A DNA stretch of 64,000 nt from Podarcis vaucheri (GCA_965113315.1 OZ220371.1), one strand, 5' to 3'; counted from the stretch's first letter, positions 37,089 through 50,929 are shown. A program made the numbers and translations. Notes: generated by a model not told the origin, from the sequence alone.

Positions 37089-37314
37089 CAGTGGTACCTC
37101 GGGTTACATATGCTTCAGGTTACAGACTCCGCTAACCCAGAAATAGTACCTCGGGTTAAGAACTTTGCTTCAGGATGAGAACAGAAATCGTGCTCCAGCG
37201 GCACGGCAGCAGCAGGAGGCCCCATTAGCTAAAGTGGTGTTTCAGGTTAAGAACAGTTTCAGGTTAAGAACGGACCTCCGGAACGAATTAAGTACTTAAC
37301 CCGAGGTACCACTG
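37089..37314. mobile_element. Tc1/mariner MITE (CAGTGGTACCTCGGGTTA family)
   Basis: TIRs; near-identical to copies at 38282, 54004, 60823. Confidence 0.92.
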
Positions 37315-38094
37315 TATTATACATTGCATTTTTTATGTTTTTTGTAAGCCACCTTTATTAGATTTACTATATAAATTTAATATATACTATATAAATCTAA
37401 TTGATAATGAGGAAATTCAAAATAATATTAATGTGAAGATGCCAGTGATAGCTAAGGCAAAGAGAATTAAGGAAACAGGCCTGTGTGCTTAGAGCTAGGT
37501 TTTACAAACCTGGAGTGATGCTGTATATTCTTTCCTGGTATACCCATATTTTCTCAGCTAGTGCATTTGTAAACAAATACTTTTTCAAACACACAATGGC
37601 ATATGTCTGCAGTACTCCCTCCTTCAAAAGAGAGTGCCACTGCAAATGATTACCATCATTTTCCTTCCGATTTCTTGGAAAAGGGAAATCCAGCCCCTAG
37701 AAAAGATGCGTAATGAGTATAAAGCTGTTATCTTTCCAGTGAATGACCTCTCCAGTAGGCTTTTAATCTTATTTTTGCTGCCAGAGAATGAGTTTGAATG
37801 TCACCAGAGTTGCACAAAACCACGTAGGCTTCAGCTCACATAGCTGAGTAGAAATACAAGCAAGAAAGCATAATTGAATAAAACATATCCTTGGCTAGAG
37901 GAGAGGTTAATTGTTTCAGCTGCATCTTTACTCCTTAGAGGGTTGAAAGGCTTGGCCATACGCAGCTTGATAAACTACTCACTATGACAGCATAACCACT
38001 GGTAAATTCCATTGAAGAAGAGATGAGAAACACGTGCTGTAGAAGGCAACATTTTCTATTCTGAAAACAGGTTTGGATTATTGACATGCCATAG

Positions 38095-38670
38095 GGAACA
38101 CTCTGAAGAGCGTCTCCACCCCTATCGTTTAGCCCGGACACACAGATCCAGCTCCAAGTGCCTTCTGGCAGTTCTCACTGCAAGAACTAAAGTTACAGGG
38201 AACCAGGCAGAGGGCCTTCTCGGTAGTGGCGCCTGCCCTGTGGAACACCCTCCCATTAGGTGTCAAGGAAATAAACAATTACAGTGGTACCTCGGGTTAC
38301 ATACGCTTTAGGTTACATAGGCTTTAGGTTACAGACTCCGCTAACCCAGAAATAGTACCTCGGGTTAAGAACTTTGCTTCAGGATGAGAACAGAAATCGT
38401 GCTCCAGCGGTGCGGCAGCAGCAGAAGGCCCCATTAGCTAAAGTGATGCTTCAGGTTAAGAACAGTTTCAGGTTAAGAATGGACCTCCGGAACGAATTAA
38501 GTACTTAACCCAAGGTACCACTGTATATGACTTTTAGAAGACAACTTAAGGCAGCCATGTATAGGGAAACTTGATGTTTTACTGTAGTTTTATAATTTGT
38601 TGGAAGGCATCCAAAGATGGGCGGCATATAAAATAATGATGATGATAATAATAATAATAATAATAATAAT
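38095..38670 (+). mobile_element. L2 LINE 3' fragment interrupted by a MITE
   Basis: L2 sequence resumes after 38523; (TAA)n tail. Confidence 0.82.
38282..38523. mobile_element. Tc1/mariner MITE inserted into L2
   Basis: TA|CAGTGGTACCT...AGGTACCACTG|TA. Confidence 0.92.
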
Positions 38671-39147
38671 AATTATAATTATCAATACCCAATGGAATAA
38701 GAGTACAGTCCCAAAGTTCCTAACATTTCCTTTAAAAATGGACCCAGTTTCTTTAGAATTAAATATTATTTAAAATGGATAAATCTTCCCTGCAATAAGA
38801 GATTCTGGCTAGCCCTTGGTAAATGACATTGTTGTGGAAGTGCATGTTTTTCAAATATCAAGCCTTTCAAATGTCCAAAATGTTTGCATTCCTGTCAACA
38901 AGACACACATATATATCAAATACAAGTAATATGAAGGAAAAGTTCAGGCCCTGGATGTCTTTTGCTACAGCCTATATGAGGCCCAATTCTTTCAAAGGTC
39001 TCATGGATTTCAAAGGTAGGTCCCCCCCCCAGACTCCCCAATATATGATCTGTGTGAGATCAGCTCAAGCTCATGGTTCCAACTGCAGACAAGATCCTTG
39101 AATCCCTAGTTTGCACAGTACTTGCAGGGCAGTTGCGCCACCACCCC

Positions 39148-39390
39148 AATAATAATAACAACAATAATAATTTTATAATTTATACCCCACCCATCTGGTT
39201 GGGTTTTCCCAGCCACCCTGGGTGGCTTACAACATATTTAAAAACATAATAAAACATCAATCATTAAAAACCTCCTGACACAGGGATGCCTTCAGAGGTC
39301 TTCTAAAAATTGTGTAATTCTTTATCTCCTTGACATCTGAAGGGAGGGTGTTCTACAGGGAGGGAGCCACTACCGAGAAGGCCCTTGTTC
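39148..39390 (-). mobile_element. L2 LINE 3' fragment
   Basis: Similar to 27144 and 61577 copies. Confidence 0.8.
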
Positions 39391-40171
39391 CTGGGTAGAG
39401 GAGATTCAATTTATTATTTATTACAGCTGTTAGTTGCCTCAAATCAAGGTTCCTTGGGTGATGTACAATTGCACCACCTGTACAATTTAAAATATTAAAA
39501 GATTCACATCTACACAGACTGCTGAAGAGGTTTCCTAATCTACTCTATTTCAGCCTGGCAGTGGTGAAAGGTAAGCTCACCTTCAGCTATTTCTTCAGTT
39601 TTCCAGCACATATCTTTAAAGAAGAAGACCGAGTAACTGAGCCTATTTCATTCACTAATAGCACAAAATCTTTTATTAAACATATATTTCAAATATTAAA
39701 AATGTAGGCTGTAGATAAGAAACCTGCCTTTTTGTGGTATTAAGTATTCAACTGTTAAGGAAGTCAGGGCAGCACAGGAATGTCAATGTGTTCTTGCAGG
39801 AGATGATAAGGCTCACAATGTACTTAGCAACACCTCATTCTAGTGTTTCATTTCACTGTGGTTTGTGGTTTGATATGCATGTACAGCTGGAGAACTGCAA
39901 CTTTCATACCTTGGGTATAAATGTGTTCTTTTTTTCCTTATCTGCAGTACAAGGTCATGATATCTTAAAGCAGGGATGGAGACCCGTGGCTCTCCAGATG
40001 TTGTCCACCTCCCATAATTCCTGGCCAATGGCCATGTAGACTGGGGTTTGCTGGGAGTTGGAGCCCAACATGTCTGCTGAGCCACAGCGTTCCCCACCAC
40101 TGCCTTAAAGATATATAAAGGCAATTGAAAGTAATAGGTCATTCTTTCATTTGATGCTGGTACTGTATGTG

Positions 40172-40546
40172 GATGCTTTTGAATTATGGTGCTGGAGGAG
40201 ACTCTTGAGAGTCCCATGGACTGCAAGAAGATCAAACCTATCCATTCTGAAGGAAATCAGCCCTGAGTGCTCACTGGAAGGACAGATCGTGAAGCTGAGG
40301 CTCCAATACTTTGGCCACCTCATGAGAAGAGAAGACTCCCTGGAAAAGACCCTGATGTTGGAAAGACTGAGGGCACAAGGAGAAGGGGATGACAGAGGAC
40401 GAGATGGTTGGACAGTGTTCTTGAAGCTACCAGCATGAGTTTGACCAAACCGCAGGAGGCAGTGGAAGACAGGAGTGCCTGGTGTGCTCTGGTCCAGGGG
40501 GTCACGAAGAGTTTTGGAGACGACTAAACAACAACAACAACAACAA
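40172..40546 (+). mobile_element. BovB LINE 3' fragment
   Basis: DAFELWCWRRLLRVPWTARRSN; (CAA)n tail; TGTATGT TSD. Confidence 0.92.
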
Positions 40547-40658
40547 TGTATGTAGATAAGAATAGAAGCCTGTGCTCTTAGCAGTGTGTCATTTGGGGCA
40601 ATTTCATGGCCACTACCGCTACTTCCATAGGACTGGGTCCAGTTGAGGCACGTCACCC

Positions 40659-40958
40659 TGTTGTTGTTGTTGTTCTTCTTCTTTGGTGATCACTCGTAGC
40701 CGAGTAAGGTTGTCTTCCATAAACATGGTTTTAACCATGAGTGCGTAAGTGACTGTGGAGGCCAATTCTGGATACACACGTCCTTCCACAGTGGGGACAT
40801 TGGTTCCCGGGCAGGAGTTGATCACAGTGTGGATTTGCCAAGCATGCCTTCCTCTTAGCACATTTCTCCCTGGCGTCCTGAGTTTGAGTGACTTCAAAGC
40901 CCATGACACCTTTGGTAAAGGCTGTTCTCCAACTGAAGCGCTCGCAGGCCAGTGTGTC
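40659..40958 (-). mobile_element. RTE-clade LINE 3' fragment (non-BovB) with C2H2 zinc-finger end
   Basis: ORF end CPHCGRTCVSRIGLHSHLRTH; (GAA)/(CAA) tail. Confidence 0.8.
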
Positions 40959-41094
40959 ACTAAAGAACAAACCAGCTGTGGGTTTTATATTCTTATTCAG
41001 TAGGACAAGTTCAACCCTCAGCTATTCCATAGCATTTCCCTAATTTCTAATGCTGAAATTGACCCGAGAGGGGAGTAACAGCAGCAGCAGCAGC

Positions 41095-41441
41095 AACAAC
41101 AACAACAATTTATTTGTACTCTGTCCATCTGATTGGGTTGCACCAGCCACTCTGGGTGGCTTCCAGCATATATAAAAACATAGTAAAACCTTAAACCTTA
41201 AAAAGCTTCCCTATACAGGGCTGCCTTCAGATGTCTCTTGAAGGTAATAGGTTTATTCATCTCCTTGACATCTGATGGGAGGACGTTCCACAGGGTGGGC
41301 GCCACTACTGAGAAGGCCCTGTGTCTGGTTCCCTGTAGCTTCACTTCTCACAGTGTGGGAATCACCAGAAGGCCCTCAGTGCTGGATCTCAGTGTCTGGG
41401 CTGATCAATGGTGGTGGAGACGCTCCTTCAGGTATGCAGGG
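41095..41441 (-). mobile_element. L2 LINE 3' fragment
   Basis: Similar to the 27144 copy. Confidence 0.82.
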
Positions 41442-42134
41442 CTATCCTATAAATGTGGATAAGCAGAACATGGAGGAAAGGAAAGGACACAAAATACCTG
41501 CAACCACTGTATGGCTGTGTGTGCTTGGGTCAGACATATAAAAATATGTCTGTGCTGTTATGTGCTGGTATCTTCCGTTGCCAAATCTGCATGTGGCCAA
41601 TAGCTTTCCAGATTAGGCTTTTTCTGTTATGTATTAAAACCTCTAGATTACACTCTGTCCTTCCTGTTCATTCCCCTATCTTCCTCTTCTGTCATCTGTA
41701 AGATATGTATTCTAACTGAGGGGAAACCAAACATCACACAAATCAAACCATGTCATAATCATGACTAGTAATGGGTTGTGCCTGACTCTGTCTCAGTGTC
41801 TGAATTCATTACTGAGAAGTACAAGGACCTAAAGGCTTTAAGCATCCCACTTCATGCTCAATAGTATCATCTGTGGAGGAGAGCAGGGATGGCCCAATTT
41901 TGGAAAACCTGGGTACCTTTTGGCGCATGAGAGCAATATTTCCTAAACTTTTGAAGAGGTCTAGGCATGCATGATAACACCCATGCCCTCTAAATGAGCT
42001 GAGTCTTGCATTTGGATAAAGTTCATCATGTGGATGGAGTCATGCAAGGATTTCCATTGTTAAGCTTTTCTTATTTTGATGAATAACAAACATTTCTTTT
42101 ACATTTGTAAATCATCATATTAAAGTAAGGCATG

Positions 42135-42745
42135 TGTGCTGGTCCTGTGGGTTAACTGTGAGGCGAGGTCTGAGTCCAGTCCGAGGTCGAGGGTGCAGTA
42201 GGAAGGCAGTCCATAGAAGTCAAAGCTGGGTGCAGGGCAGGGCGTCGGGTGAGGTCAGGAGCTCCGGCAGGGAAGCAGGTCAGGGATCAGGCTGGAACCG
42301 ACAACCAATGATGTTGCTCCCGCAACTTGGGACTGGGGCTGGCTGGCTTTTATCTGCCCCGAGGCATAAGGCGGCCCCGGTCCACAGGTGACTCGCCTCT
42401 CCTGGCCTGGAGGTGAGCACTCCTCCTGCGGGAACTTAGTTCCCTCCGCCTCTCTGCCCTGAGCCTCTGCAGCTCAGGAGAAGCTGGAGGGTTACCAGAC
42501 CCAGAGGCAACCTCCTCCTCCCCTGACGGGGCTGAGAGTGGAGCACCTGCAGGCAACGGGTCCTCCATCACCTCTGGAGCCAGAGCAGACTCAGCTGGTG
42601 CCTGCACCTGAGGATCCAGCACAGGTGAGGTGACACTTCAGGCTCATGCCCCAGCCCCGGCTCAGCTGGTCCTGGAAGCGGGGACTCCTGTGCAGGCTGG
42701 GATTCCTCAGGTTCAGCCTCTGAGTCTGAATCCCAGGCCATCACA
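42135..42745 (-). mobile_element. Solo LTR, subfamily A (611 bp, Gypsy-like)
   Basis: TGTGATGG...CCAGCACA termini; perfect 5-bp TSD GCATG; AGATAAAAG TATA-like box. Confidence 0.88.
42350..42741 (-). pseudogene. LTR-encoded small ORF, one frameshift near 42625-42640
   Basis: MAWDSDSEAEPEESQ.../..ASGSGNPPASPELQRLRAERRRELSSRRRSAHLQARRGESP..GR*. Confidence 0.65.
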
Positions 42746-43535
42746 GCATGGGGCTAGTTTGCAAATGAATCTTAACTGTACTCACAGGAGTTTGAGTGGC
42801 TATTCTACATACCCTTGGATTCAAGTTCAGCTGAAATAAATGGGATTTGGAACCAAGTAAATGCAAGACTTGTCCAGGCAACTAACTACAATCCTGTGGA
42901 CAGTTAGTCATACTTAAGTGTCACTAAATCCAACAGAACTGGCTTGGCGTAATAATGTACAGGACAGAAACCTTAAGAAGGTTTCTTTTGTCAAATGGAC
43001 CTAAACGTTACATGGCACATTCTTGTAGTGTGGGCAACTACTAACACTGGACAAAACTGGTTAATAATTATCCACATATAGTAATGACTAAGTTTCTGCA
43101 TGACAGGAAGCAATAACTATAAAAGGAGTTCAAGAAAGCTGATGGCATTTGAAACGTCAAGGATCACAGAAGGTCTTGTTGGGGGCACAATACTCTTTGC
43201 CCACCATATTATTTGCTGACTCCATTTTTCTAATGAATCATGAGATCAAGACGTATCTCAGCCTTCACTTTAAGTCTGACTGCTCAGACTTCCTGAGTTC
43301 CCAGAAAACCAGTGACACTGGAGGAATTCCCACTGAAACATGGGAACATGTATGGAGCAGCTATGTTCACTGTTGATCACCTCAGTATGCCCATGCTCCT
43401 TTTTTATCTTTTGCTTTCAGTGGTCCCTTCCAACTCTACAATTTTATGATTCTATGAGATGTTAAGAATGACAGCCTATGTCCTTCTTTACAGTGGGAGG
43501 TGCTCCCTGTTGCTAGACATGCAAATAGATCTGAG

Positions 43536-44158
43536 TGTGATGGCCTGGGACTCGGGCTCAGACTCGGAGCCAGAGGAGTCTCAGTCCGCACTGGATCCTT
43601 TGCCTCAGGCGGCAGCTAAACCTAATCTGGAGCCTGATCCTGAAGGGTCCCAGTCTGCACAGGTTCCCCTGCAACAAGCACCAGCTGGGCCCAGTCAGGG
43701 GCCTGAGCCTGCCCTGGCTCCAGATGCCGGGATTACCTCATTGCCTTCAGCTGGGCCATCACTTACAGCTGCCCCACTACCAGTTGGGTGAGGGGAGGCT
43801 GAGGTGGCTTCTGGGTCTAGTAACCCACAGACGTCTCCCTAGCTGCAGAGACTGAGGTCTGAGAGAAGGAGAGACCTGAGTACTCGCAGGAGGAGTGCTC
43901 GCCTTCGGGCAAGACAGGGAGGTGAGTCACCGGGGGATCAGGACTGGCCATTACCCCGTCAGAGATAAAAGGCTGCTGGACCCCACCCCAGGTTGGGGGA
44001 GCAATGTTGCTGTTTGTCAGAACCTACCTGTGATCGACCTCACCTGGTTTCCCGTCTCGTGTCCTGCCTTGGCCCTGTTGGACTGACTCCTTGCGGAACT
44101 CTTGGATTCGGGACCGGACCTGGACCACGTTACTTGGGTTACCTCTGGGCCCAGCACA
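43536..44158 (+). mobile_element. Solo LTR, subfamily B (623 bp)
   Basis: TGTGATGG...CCAGCACA termini; TSD CTGAG/CTAAG. Confidence 0.88.
43540..43968 (+). pseudogene. LTR-encoded 142-codon ORF with two in-frame stops
   Basis: MAWDSGSDSEPEESQ...PVG*GEAEVASGSSNPQTSP*LQRLRSERRRDLSTRRRSARLRARQGGESP..RQR*; no frameshift. Confidence 0.68.
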
Positions 44159-44340
44159 CTAAGATGGGGTGGGGAGTTGTGTAGTGGCTGCTGATGGGCT
44201 CCATAAAAAGAGGAACCAATGGCATTCCCACATACAGTTCTTAGAGACAGGGGCGGCTGTCTTCCATATGGAGGATGCAGTTTTCCCAAGTCCTGTATTT
44301 ACATATCTCACCACCTCAAGTTTCCAACAGTGCCTCTCAT

Positions 44341-44529
44341 CATAGCTGTCAACCTCCCCCCTTTTTTGCGGAAAATTCCCTTATTCCAGCGCCGTTTCCC
44401 GCTGCTTCCCACTGCTATCCCAGATTGTTAGATATCCCGTAGACTGTCCCCAGGACAGGTGAGGCTGCTGATCCCTTATTTTTGAGGCTGCTGATCCCTT
44501 ATTTTCAAATCTGAAAGTTGACAGCTATG
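44341..44529. mobile_element. hAT MITE (same TIR family as 33825)
   Basis: TIR CATAGCTGTCAAC; perfect 8-bp TSD CCTCTCAT; internal 23-bp duplication. Confidence 0.9.
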
Positions 44530-46420
44530 CCTCTCATACCCATTGTGGCAAAATAGTTAAAAAGGACTAGGAAGTCTCAGACAATTTTCTGGTCATGTGG
44601 GGCATTGTTTCATAATAGTATAATCATGCAACTGTTATAAAACCTTCTTGTTAACTTAGTGACAGCACATGCTTTATACATTTTCTGGCAAGTCCATCTT
44701 AAAGAAATTCAGATAGCATTGCTGAGGAAAGACCCCCCTCTCTCTATGAGACCTTGGCAAATCACTGCCAAAGTAGACACTCTTGGACTACAGTGATCAA
44801 TGGTCTAATGCAGTTTCACACGATCTGTTGGAAAACTCTAGAAGCAGCTATTTCAAAAGGCTAGGTAGTAATGGGGGACAAGGTCATGTTTTTTAATTGC
44901 TATGAATTTTCTGCAGATAGGTTTTCAAAGTATACAACATAGTGATTAAGCTCTAAATATAGTAGTTCATATCTTTAACTTCTCACATTATTTTAACACA
45001 AGGGAACTCTCACTTTTCTTTTGCTAGTATAGGTAAAAATGGAAAGTTAATAAATCATTTTGCAAATTCCCTTTGCTGAATACAGAACAAAAATAATCTA
45101 CTTGATAATTAATTGAGATTATTCTTGCTTGCATTCTGTTTCTCCTTACCTTAGCTGGCCATGGAGGCAGCAGCTTCTCAATGTGATTGTACTTCATTCT
45201 CTTGCCACCAGCTGAGCTCCCAGGCGGCACAATGTCTAATCCAGCCTTCATAATCACTCTAGTGGATAAACAGAAACTTTTACTTTTATTAAGAGGAAAA
45301 TCACAGTTGACTCCAGAGACTAAACTCCTGAGGTGTTGCTGAAGGACAATATTTTAATGTTGTTCCTCACTCAGTCTATTTGAGAAAGCTAAAGCATTTG
45401 CAGTATGCAGTTAAGAAAACACTAACCTAAATAAAAGCCAAGCAAAGAAACAAAATAGCAAAGCAAAACTCAATGAGCTGCTTTTAATTTTACTCGTTTT
45501 TCAGGTATGTGGGTAGCATTGCATACATGTGTTCACTGGAGCATGTTTTAAAATTTTTTTTAGAACAGACAAAGTTAGATCATTCAAAATATTGTGATAT
45601 GGTGCTTCATAATGAGGTTTGCTGGCATCCCCACTGCCATTCAGTAATTTGCCATTAACTCCTCCCCTCCCCCAGTGCTCAGATGTACAAATATTTGTTG
45701 TGACATGGAAGGCTTACTTATTCAAAGTGTTGTTCCGTCTTTAAAATGAGCCACTCATCTAAATGTTAGGTAAACTTTATTTCAGGAGGGCAATACCACC
45801 AAAATAGCTCCTTTACTATATGCTAGAAAAGAACAAAGGATATGCTGAATCCGTAATTAGATTTCTGCTACAACTCCCTAGTGTCCGTTGCCACTAATTC
45901 AAAGAGAAATGAGAATAACCAGTTACAAAGTTCAAGTAATAAGTTCTGACTGAATTTATTCTGTATGCTACATGCACTCGACCCAGGCTGCTAAAAACTG
46001 CTGCAGGTGTGTTGCAGGAATAGAAAGTGAGAGTAGAGTGACTTCTTCTGAATTCATGTAGCTGTATTTGAATGTTGGTAGATGCCTGACCTTTCTCCCA
46101 ATCCTTAGTTTTTCTGCTCAGTATAGATAGATGCACATTCTTGTCTTAACATTAGCAACATTATAGAGGAATTCCACTAAAGTGGGAAAGAGTCAGGCAA
46201 TAGGATTTTTAATTCAACGAGTTGAAATTGGCATGTCAGAGGCACACGCCTACAGAGAATAAATTCATTTCTTTTGTCCCCTAGCTGCTTACGGTCAAAC
46301 ACGTATTGTAGGTTTTTGAAGCACTACAGAAAACCTCTTTATTTTAGGCAACAGTGGTTTCAGATGACATGGGCAACTCTGGAGTTAAGGGATCTGTGAT
46401 ATAGCTACTAGTACTATATC

Positions 46421-46977
46421 ACGGGACTGCCTCTCCTGGTATGCCCCGTAGAGGACCTTAAGGTCCATGAATAACCATAGTTTAGAGGTCTCGGGCCCTA
46501 AGGAAGTCAGACTATCTTCCACCAGGGCCAGGGCCCTTTCAGTGATGGCTCTGACCTGGTGGAATGCTCTGTCCCACGAGACTAGGGCCCTTCAGGATTT
46601 AACCTCCTTCTGTCAGGCCTGTAAGACAGAGCTATTCTGCCAGGCCTTTAATATGAATTCAGCCTGATCTTTTATTTCCCTTCTCTTCCCTCCCCCTCCC
46701 CTTTTATGAAGATTACCCGCTCTGAGACCCCACAGCTAATTCTCCCCTGGCCTCCTCCCTGGCCCAAGTAGGACCAATTCAGCCAGCTAGCCCTGGGGAT
46801 TATCTAATGCTTATTTCCCCTAAACTGATTTCTGAATTTTATTGTTATTCATGTTTTTATACTGTGTTTTATGCTGCTTTTACAATTAAGAGTTTTAAAT
46901 TTGTTGTTAGCCGCCCTGAGCCTGGTTTTTGAACCAGGAAGGGCGGGGTATAAATAAAAAAATATTATTATTATTAT
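46421..46977 (+). mobile_element. L2 LINE 3' fragment (same subfamily as 5490)
   Basis: RARALSVMALTWWNALSHETRALQDL..CKTELF; (TTA)n tail; TAGTACTA flanking repeat. Confidence 0.87.
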
Positions 46978-47064
46978 AGTACTAGCCAAAGGGAAAGAGG
47001 AAGAGATTCTGGTTCTTCCCCTGAAAACAGTGAATGATTGGTGCTGAGTGATTGTTTTATTTTG

Positions 47065-47070
<6 letters not shown>

Positions 47071-47115
<45 letters not shown>
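47071..47115. repeat. (GA)n microsatellite
   Basis: Direct reading. Confidence 0.95.
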
Positions 47116-47119
<4 letters not shown>

Positions 47120-50100
47120 GGTACTGAACTCTCAACATTTCATAAATATAATATGTTACTAATTAAGACATTTATGGATACAAACCCACCATCTATTTAA
47201 GGTAATTTATTGTGGTGTGTATGTAACAATGAGCTTCCCAATTTTCTTTAATGAATTCCTCTCATTCCTTTCTCCTCCTCCTCTCTCTCTCTCTCTCTCT
47301 TACCATTTCACAGGCTCTTTACACATTACCCTTAAAAGGGTTTAAGCCCATTGCATACTGCAATCCTCTTTCCAATGGAGAGTTCTAGGACTGCTATTTA
47401 ATGAAGAAAAACTGTCACACATATCCTGTCCCATTTACTTTGGACCTTAGTTTGACACACACACACACATTCCCTGTCAAAAAAGTCCCAAGTCTATCCA
47501 TATGTGCTCCTAAAGCAATGCTACTCTAAGTGGTGGTCTGCTGACCAGTGCCATTCTGTGAGCCATTGGCTGTGGTCCATGGCAACTCCACCACAGCCCA
47601 AGTTGGGTGGGAAGTTAGGTGAGAAAAATGGATCAGGCCACACCACCTTATTAGATTGGCGCATGGCAAGCTCTGTGTTGGAAGAAAGCAGCCCTAACTC
47701 TGAACCCCTTCTAGCAACATAGTTTTAGCATAGCGCTGTGTTCTAAAATGTTTTAATAATTTCAGAAGTTATAAAGGTCACATAGCAGCATCCTCAGCCA
47801 AAATATTTTTGAAACTTGGAGCTCACAGAAAGATACTGGAACACCCATAAAGAAGCATGTTTCTCATTTTGGAGTAAATCAGTTTCTCCCCCACGCCCAT
47901 ACAAGAAGAAACAGAAAAAAGGGTTCTGCTAAGTTATAAAAAGCTACGTAATGAAAAGAAAGATGTGTTTCTTTGTTGTGCAATTAAACATGAATTAGAA
48001 TCTTATCGCTAAATTGGACTTTGAGATTAGAGAAATTAAGATAATAAAAATGTATATAAAGATTGCTAGACCTTCCAAAATACTGTTGCACCATTTAATG
48101 ACACTAGAAATTTATCTGCCATCTTGTTAAGACTGTTTTAAACTCCTTTCATGTGAAGTGAGCGCAATGTATTTTGAACAACAACTGTATGTACTGGTAT
48201 AGTAACTATTTTGCAATTGGAGTGCAATATTCAAGCGTTCAAGTCCTATAGAGTTCTACCTTGGGTTTAAAATGCTTAAGCTGTGGCAACATTTTCTAGA
48301 TTGGCACACACAAGTGGGTTGTTTCACTTGATTTATGTTTTGTTCGCAAACACATTACTTTCTATAACAGCCTCTCCCAATCTGATGTCTTCCAGATCTT
48401 TTGGACTCCCAAATCCCATCAGCACCAGTTAGCATGGCCAGTAGTCAGTATGATGTCGGGGGAACTGTTGCCCCAAACATCTTGTTGGGAAGGATGTTCT
48501 CTAATGAAATCCAAGATCTCTGGGCGTGTCTGCTTTGTCTTCCTAAGCTCCTTTACCAGCAGAAGCTGCAGAAATGCCACTGGAAAGTTGAGAGAGAGGG
48601 GAAATTGTTTGGGAAACGTTTCACCCCAGACAAAGGTCATGCCACAATAAATCTGTTATTCTTTAAAATGCCACTAAGAATCCATGTTGCTCTTGCTCAA
48701 ACAGGATGACTCGGCTACTGTCCAAGAATTCGTCCCCATGAAATGTACACAAGAAAATGCGCGCGCGCACACACACACAAAAAACCCAGTTTGCCCAAAT
48801 AGGGTAGATTCTTTAAGGAATATTCAAACTCTGATATGATACTCTAGAATATTGCCTTTTGGGCATTAGCACCCAGTAGTGGAACAACTTCTTCAGAGAG
48901 GCTTGTCTGGCATCTACACCAAAATCTTTTTGGTGCCAGTTGAATACCTTAAAAAAAATAATCCAAGACATTTTAAGAATTGTACTGCTTTTAGCTCTGC
49001 TGGGTTGATGTTTGTTTTGCTATTGCTGCTTTGAATTAGTTAGTTATGTGTTGTGGTTAATTTTAAACTACCATACTTAATTCTTAGAACCCTTGTAAAT
49101 TGTTTTCATGGTTTTTAACTGTTACTGTTAACCACCCAGAGGACATTGTTAATTGGGCAGTATACAAACAATGTAAATAAATAAATAAAATATTGGGAGT
49201 ACTTTTGGATACCACCAACCCAGTATTTGCACTTTGGGATCCCTGCAATTTAAGCCTCCTTTGAGGTAATCAGTAAAATACTGCATGCATCTCAGAGGAA
49301 GGAGTAAACCATCTAGCACAATCATTTGCACCACTCTCTGTGCTATTGCGATGGTGATATTCTATGCACAACAAATCACCCTAAACACAGACAATCCAAC
49401 AGATACTCCAGTTCTCCACTGACCTAAACCTGTTTCAGCTCAGTGAATTGAGCACTCTTATAATGCTCATAACTGCTTTGGTTTTCCCCCTAGACAATAA
49501 CTATGTTATCTTCTACTTGCAAGATTTCTTCATGCTCTTCATTGTATATTTACTACTAAGTTGCTGTTCTGTTTGCCAATCATTACCATATTCAACAGCT
49601 CATGTTCCTAAGCAACACCATGCAGGAAAACACAGGAGAGAGGAGCAGGTCCCTTAACATGTCAGAATGTTGATCATTCCAACTTTCATGTCAGCCCATC
49701 CAAATTCTCCTCCTTCATGGCTACATAATAGGACTGAGACTGTGAATCAGTCTACCTTGAAAGGTCAGAAGTCTCACATGGTCTCAAGGTAGATTCCATT
49801 GCCTAGACACGTTCCTCTTTTTGGGGAGCTCTGAATCTGCCCTTTAAGAAAATTCAGAGCCGTTTTGGCTTTCCTCTGAGAAAACCATAGGAAAAGGGCA
49901 TTATTTGCTGCTGCTACTTTTTATAATGCTCACATAACAGTAATACTAAAAAGATTCTGATCTGGAGCTCTTCAGACTGGATCCCGTCTCCTTTTCAGCA
50001 AAATGCCTCATTAATTGCTTCTGTGCCTCGGGTTGAACAGCATATGTCCCTGCACCCATATTGCTTCATAGTGTGTCCTTACACTCTGTTGCCACATAAA

Positions 50101-50929
50101 AGAAAACAACAGACGTTTAATTAAAATGCATGGCCCATACAATGAATGGAGGTGCAACCTAAAATGAATTGTAACTGACAGTCATATAGTTCTAATTTTG
50201 TCACAACTCTCTGTTAACTTGAATCATACTTTGAGAAGGCTTCTTGGTCAGAGGTCATTGAACTGGCTAGTAAGCTCATCAGCATCACTATTTTCCTAGA
50301 CTAGAATAGGATGAGTCTACTTTTCAACATTAATAATGAAAAGTAAGAGCTTTGGCCATATGAACGCCAGAAATGTGAACTAACTGGTGAGCTAGATATT
50401 CTATAATAATATCCTCCCTACAGGAGCAGTTTTTATCTCTTCGAAACCCAATCTCAAGTGTGCCTATGGGCATTTCAATTAAACTGATTTTGGGAGCCTT
50501 GTATCTGAATGGTAACACCAGACCAATTCCTATTATGTATGCCTAAATGCTATGCAAGTGTGTGTTTGATGCTCTTAGAAATAGATCAGGCCCATATATT
50601 TCTAGCGGTGGCAAGACCAATCCTCCCAAATGCAAACTCCAGAAAGGATTTTGCTCTATGAATCAACATCTGATAACGCATACCTTTATGGTTGCATCTG
50701 TTCATGGGGGGAGGATTCAAAAATTCAAATAGAACTCAACACAGTTCAACTAATTCAAATTAAATATTTTCCATGTTGAAGGCCACATTACTGAAAGGTT
50801 TGAGTTTAACCAAAAAGGGTTGAAGAGGCAAAGTAACTTGTTTAGCCTGATCCTATGATGTTTCCTCAGATGTAAATTCCATTGATTTCAGTGAGACTTA
50901 CTTGCATGTAACTGTGCACAGGTTCGTAG

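Noticed and set aside
42135-44158. Two neighbouring LTRs as ends of one retroelement
   Set aside because: Opposite orientation, different subfamilies, separate TSDs and no gag/pol between them.
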